From Eledone cirrhosa (lineage: Eukaryota): a stretch of 64,000 nt of DNA. The translations under genes were made by a program, and so were the position numbers. Below, in pieces: positions 63,987 through 64,000 of this stretch (position 1 is its first letter; each line of letters begins with the position of its first letter). The notes below the pieces were generated by a model. That model was not told where the DNA came from, searched no databases, and saw nothing but the letters and a program-made list of their open reading frames with translations. The stretch is taken from contig OZ024741.1 of the NCBI GenBank assembly GCA_964016885.1, forward strand, positions 22,258,001-22,322,000. The letters run 5' to 3'.

Positions 63987-64000
63987 CTGAAACATAAAAG

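Overview
AT-rich eukaryotic (animal) genomic DNA, full of microsatellites, SINEs and LINEs. The SINE repertoire resembles that of octopod cephalopods (inference). The right third holds the last ten coding exons of a GALNT11/Pgant35A-type polypeptide GalNAc-transferase on the minus strand (63986 to 43243), which I joined in frame through GT-AG junctions. A second minus-strand ORF (11915-13093) encodes an orphan, very Lys-rich type II membrane protein whose 28-aa repeats each keep an N-x-T sequon. The rest is mobile DNA: two long CR1-type LINE copies plus many 3' fragments, a decayed Penelope-like element (RT + GIY-YIG) with pseudo-LTRs, RTE, R4-like and CRE-like fragments, a DD37D Tc1/mariner remnant, TTAA MITEs, a hAT MITE, two tRNA-SINE families and several minisatellites. 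The most unusual signal is a set of sequence-unrelated long fold-back palindromes (14479-14889, 32742-33225, 33803-34059). Each carries a minimal type I hammerhead ribozyme motif in both arms, so one on each strand, and one uses the compensatory U3-A8 core pair. All family assignments come from motif recognition by eye; no database search was run.
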